Positions 61,301 to 64,000 of a stretch of DNA of 64,000 bases are shown here, piece after piece. The notes under the pieces are model-generated. The model was not told where the DNA came from and ran no database searches. It saw nothing but the letters and a program-made list of their open reading frames with translations. Every line of letters starts with the position of its first letter. Within the stretch, counting starts at the first letter, position 1. The stretch is from a virus. The translations under genes were made by a program, and so were the position numbers. The stretch is taken from the IMG/VR virus record IMGVR_UViG_3300029787_000003, positions 37,218-101,217 of that record; one strand, given 5' to 3'.

Positions 61301-64000
61301 GGTGCTGGTACATCAACTCCAGAAACAATTACTGGATTAACTACAACTACAGGTATCACAACAACTGCGAATTATTATCAGGTTCTTAAACTTAATGATC
61401 ATTCATTTAGGTTAGCTAATGCTGGTATTGCTGGAACAGATCCTATTAATTTTGATAGAGGTAATTTTGTTAAATTTGATTATTCAGGACAAGGATTCCA
61501 AGTCTTTAAATATCCAGATATTTCAGTATCATTAAAATATACTCCTGTTGGATTTGGTACTGCTACACAAGTAGTTGAAGAGATGATACTTACTCCTACA
61601 GTTAGGGGTAGTATTATTGATGCTTATTTGTATGAAACTGGTACTGGTTATGGTTCAACTATCATCAACTTTGAAAAGAAACCAACAGTATCAATACAAA
61701 ATGGTAGAAATGCATCATTAAAACCAAATGTTATTAATGGTAGAGTTGTAAGTGTTGATATTAACTATGGTGGAGTTGATTATTACTCAACACCTGATTT
61801 AAACCTAGTTGATGAAACAAATGCAGGATCTGGTGCTAAATTAAGACCAATTATAACCAATAATAGAATAACAGGGGTTCAAGTTGTTAGTGCAGGTATT
61901 GGGTACTCTACAGCATCAACTAAACTAACAGTAGTTGCTGCTGGTGATGGTGCAAATGTTAATGTTAATGTTAGACCATTAACTATAGACATGGTTCAAA
62001 AATACGAAGAAAATGAATTATTTGTAGAGAGTAACGATAAATTAAAATATACAGTTGTTGGATATGGTGAAACTTACAGAACATCATTTGGTGAAGTTGG
62101 TATAGGTATTACAGTTGCTTCTAAAATTATTGGATGGGCTTATGATGGAAATCCAATTTATGGATCTTTTGGTTATTCAAATCCTCAGGATGCAAACTCA
62201 TTTGCAACAAGAATAATTAGTGGTTATACATTAGACGCTTCTGCAGTAGAAGATAGGCCTTTGACTAGTGTATTTTCAGAGGGATTCTTTGTAGAAGATC
62301 ATAAATTTGATGATTCTGGTGATTTAGATATTAATAATGGTCGTTTTGCAAAAACACCTGAATTTCCAAATGGAATTTATGCATATTATGCAACTATAAA
62401 AGATAGTAGTAATCAAAATAAACCAGATTTCCCGTATTTTGTAGGTAATAGTTTTAGATCTGTTCCAGTAGACCAAGTTTTATCACAAGATTATGATTAT
62501 GCGACAAATAATCTACTTAGAAATACATTCCCATATAGAGTTGCTGAAAAAGATATTGATAATGACTTTATTATTGAAACTAATGAAATTTCTAATCAGA
62601 AAGCAATAATAGAATCAGTTACATCAGGAACCATTGATGAATTGAATATTGTTACTTCTGGTGAGAATTATTCAATGAATGAGAAGTTAATATTTGATGA
62701 AACTGATAGTGGTGGTGAAGGTTTATCAAGTAAAATTTCTTCCTTGAAGGGTAAAACTATTGTTGATATACAAACTGCAGTTACCTCTTTTGATAATACA
62801 ATATTGACTTGGAATCCTGAGAATGTACAAGTTAATATTTTACCTCAACATTCTTTAGTTAGTCGTGATGATGTTGTTATTTCTGGATTATCTACAGTTC
62901 TAACTCAAGTAAATGGCCGATATCAAATTGGTATAGTAACAGCAAGTACTCAATTAATCGCAGCAGTACCTACAGTTGGATCTCTACCAAGTGCAAGTGA
63001 ATTGTATGTTACATCAGTTCCTGAGTCTTTAGGTGTAGGTAATAGTATTACAGTTGGTTCTGAAACAATGCAAGTTTTAGAAATATTCCCAAATGAGAAA
63101 ATAATAAAAGCAAATAGAGGTATTTCAGGTGTTTCTCATAATGTAGGTAGTCCAGTTTCTATAATATCTGACTCATTTACTATTCCTAAAGTTGTACCTT
63201 ATTTTGAGTCAAAATTAAATAATATTGCATATTTTAATCCAATTCATCAAGTTGGATTTGGTGTTACATCTGGTATCAGTCATTCATCATCATTTGGATT
63301 TGGAAGTACTACAATTACAAGAAATATTCCAACTCAGACAATTTTCTTACCTAATCATAAGTTTAATAATAATGATTCAGTGACTATTTCAGTTCCTGGT
63401 GGAGCAGCACAAATATCTATTGCTAATAGTTCGGGTACCGTTAGTTATAATCTACCACAAGAGGTATTTGTTACAGATAGAGGTAAAAACTATATTGGTA
63501 TAAGAACTGGTGTTGGAATAGGTTTTTCAGATGTCTTTTTCACTGGTGGTGGTACTGATAGGGATAATTATTACATTACTACTAAATTTGAGCAAGTTTT
63601 AGCAAAAACACAGAAAATTATTTCAACTGTTTCTATTTCTACAGCATTTAATCATAACTTAAGTATTGGTGATGAGATTGATTTAACAGTTAGATCTAGT
63701 CTTGCAGTTGGTATTGGAACATCTACAGGTATAAAACTCAAGAGAAATGAAGTAACTGGACATCTTTTAGTTAATCCTATTAATTTCATTAATACTGGAA
63801 TTAATTCAATAACTAACGAAATAACTTTAAATGAGCATGGATTAAAGACAGGAGATAAAGTTTTCTATGATGCTAATACTATAGCTACTGGATTATCAAC
63901 TGGTAGTTACTTTGTATTTAAAGTTGATGAAGATATTATCAAATTATGTGCAACATCTAAGGATGCTTATAGTAATCCTCCTACTGTAGTTGATATGATT
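58358..64000 (+). CDS. gp7: Baseplate wedge initiator gp7 (large; truncated by the window end)
   Basis: MIQTGFE...NQLPEYV...FLKQYY; FYNAKGTDESFRILF; GWAYDGNPIYG; frame spot-checked as open at several points and at 64000. Confidence 0.85.
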   Translation, partial: MIQTGFEPKVKVQQIIENQLPEYVLSESPRAVDFLKQYYISQEYQGGNIDISDNLDQYLKLDNLTPDVVIGSTTLSTGITTSSDTIPVSSTKGFPSEWGLLKINDEIITYTGVTTNSFTGAKRGFSGITSYHQELNQEDLTFSTSSTADHLSGTYVQNLSSLFLQEFYKKLKYSLTPGLENVDFDPNLNAGTFIKEARALYNAKGTDESFRILFNALYNETPKVVNLEEYLLKPSAANYVRREVVIAEALSGDVTKLAGQTLFKTSDVNTSASISEVEGFSRVGVALTTIQNYYKLSLFIGFDDSDSTIQGDFDITQATRCLDNVSIGSSVLSVDSTVGFGQTGTIISLGNTSIDYTSKSVNQFFGCTGIGVSIKKSDEIRSNNTYYGYEDGDSTKKVELRLTGVLSDFEQISTNLNINEGETISVKNVGDFIQNPATNATFKQVFANSWIYNTSCRYFLEGQSFNSASTFTTKSKIDKSSLKKGDIVEVVRNRSNNVVAFNNGNLESSILQITGDDTVQLSDALSVEGAIDLRRKLNYAKSTAVPLEVDNIITDTSNLYIKDETEAYYAANSLPSGRTGVTTDFLNVITTDVKSATASGLDSLVPNTLDQYSVVSFPSAVPFFTGDEIYYKPSGTHYVGLETGRYYCEIVSSDKKKIRVYGSRASIESATYIPLKSVAGDHKFILNSQRSEEIAAQKTLKKFPLTSSSNRADQTLTEPGATGMLINGVEITNYKSEDKVYYGPLKSATVVTSGNNYDVVRPPNIHISSGVGTDALVQPVVQGSVTKVFIDPQGFDITEVQSIDVLGGNGTAVLEPIIIRKSREIEFDGRQTVFAGGVDETANTITFLTSHNLQNAQEVIYKSNGNEGIGVGVGTATLVNNGSYFVEVINNRAIKLYESALSAINKTNVVGLGVSNTAGTHKFSTLPNQKSVGAIEVIDGGTLTNRKLYVKPTGISTQYNKVIFENHGFSNGDIVEYTTAAGAGTSTPETITGLTTTTGITTTANYYQVLKLNDHSFRLANAGIAGTDPINFDRGNFVKFDYSGQGFQVFKYPDISVSLKYTPVGFGTATQVVEEMILTPTVRGSIIDAYLYETGTGYGSTIINFEKKPTVSIQNGRNASLKPNVINGRVVSVDINYGGVDYYSTPDLNLVDETNAGSGAKLRPIITNNRITGVQVVSAGIGYSTASTKLTVVAAGDGANVNVNVRPLTIDMVQKYEENELFVESNDKLKYTVVGYGETYRTSFGEVGIGITVASKIIGWAYDGNPIYGSFGYSNPQDANSFATRIISGYTLDASAVEDRPLTSVFSEGFFVEDHKFDDSGDLDINNGRFAKTPEFPNGIYAYYATIKDSSNQNKPDFPYFVGNSFRSVPVDQVLSQDYDYATNNLLRNTFPYRVAEKDIDNDFIIETNEISNQKAIIESVTSGTIDELNIVTSGENYSMNEKLIFDETDSGGEGLSSKISSLKGKTIVDIQTAVTSFDNTILTWNPENVQVNILPQHSLVSRDDVVISGLSTVLTQVNGRYQIGIVTASTQLIAAVPTVGSLPSASELYVTSVPESLGVGNSITVGSETMQVLEIFPNEKIIKANRGISGVSHNVGSPVSIISDSFTIPKVVPYFESKLNNIAYFNPIHQVGFGVTSGISHSSSFGFGSTTITRNIPTQTIFLPNHKFNNNDSVTISVPGGAAQISIANSSGTVSYNLPQEVFVTDRGKNYIGIRTGVGIGFSDVFFTGGGTDRDNYYITTKFEQVLAKTQKIISTVSISTAFNHNLSIGDEIDLTVRSSLAVGIGTSTGIKLKRNEVTGHLLVNPINFINTGINSITNEITLNEHGLKTGDKVFYDANTIATGLSTGSYFVFKVDEDIIKLCATSKDAYSNPPTVVDMI

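Overview
64 kb fragment of a T4-like marine cyanophage (cyanomyovirus, AT-rich, about 35% GC by eye; a Prochlorococcus/Synechococcus host is inferred from thyX, phoH, cp12 and the gene order). Layout: 1-5.5 kb nucleotide metabolism and replication (thyX, phoH, exonuclease, gp33, gp59, gp32); 5.5-27 kb baseplate, tail and fibre genes (gp53, gp48, gp2-like, gp4, gp54, gp26/gp51, tape-measure-like pair, gp5 pieces, long fibre with S74 chaperone, gp38-like adhesin); 27-33 kb island of 2OG-Fe(II) oxygenases and a flavin halogenase; 33-41.8 kb accessory genes (helicase, cytidylyltransferase, DenV-like glycosylase, two DNA methyltransferases, CP12, second halogenase); 41.8-54.5 kb array of tiny, probably early, genes; 56-64 kb gp25, gp6 and gp7 (runs off the end). 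Main observations: (1) a 22-bp imperfect palindrome sits 29-32 nt upstream of a -10 box in 20 promoter modules, including one site used in both directions next to an origin-like repeat region; (2) a -1 frameshift signal (slippery heptamer plus hairpin) would fuse gp26 to gp51 just upstream of the tape-measure-like genes; (3) several candidate structured leader RNAs; (4) GGWCC appears absent from the whole window, which also encodes an orphan restriction-like nuclease; (5) a ligase-fold unknown protein; (6) an NtcA-like box upstream of a twin-Cys microprotein. No tRNA, rRNA, CRISPR array or integrase was recognised. All family calls come from manual motif reading, not database searches.
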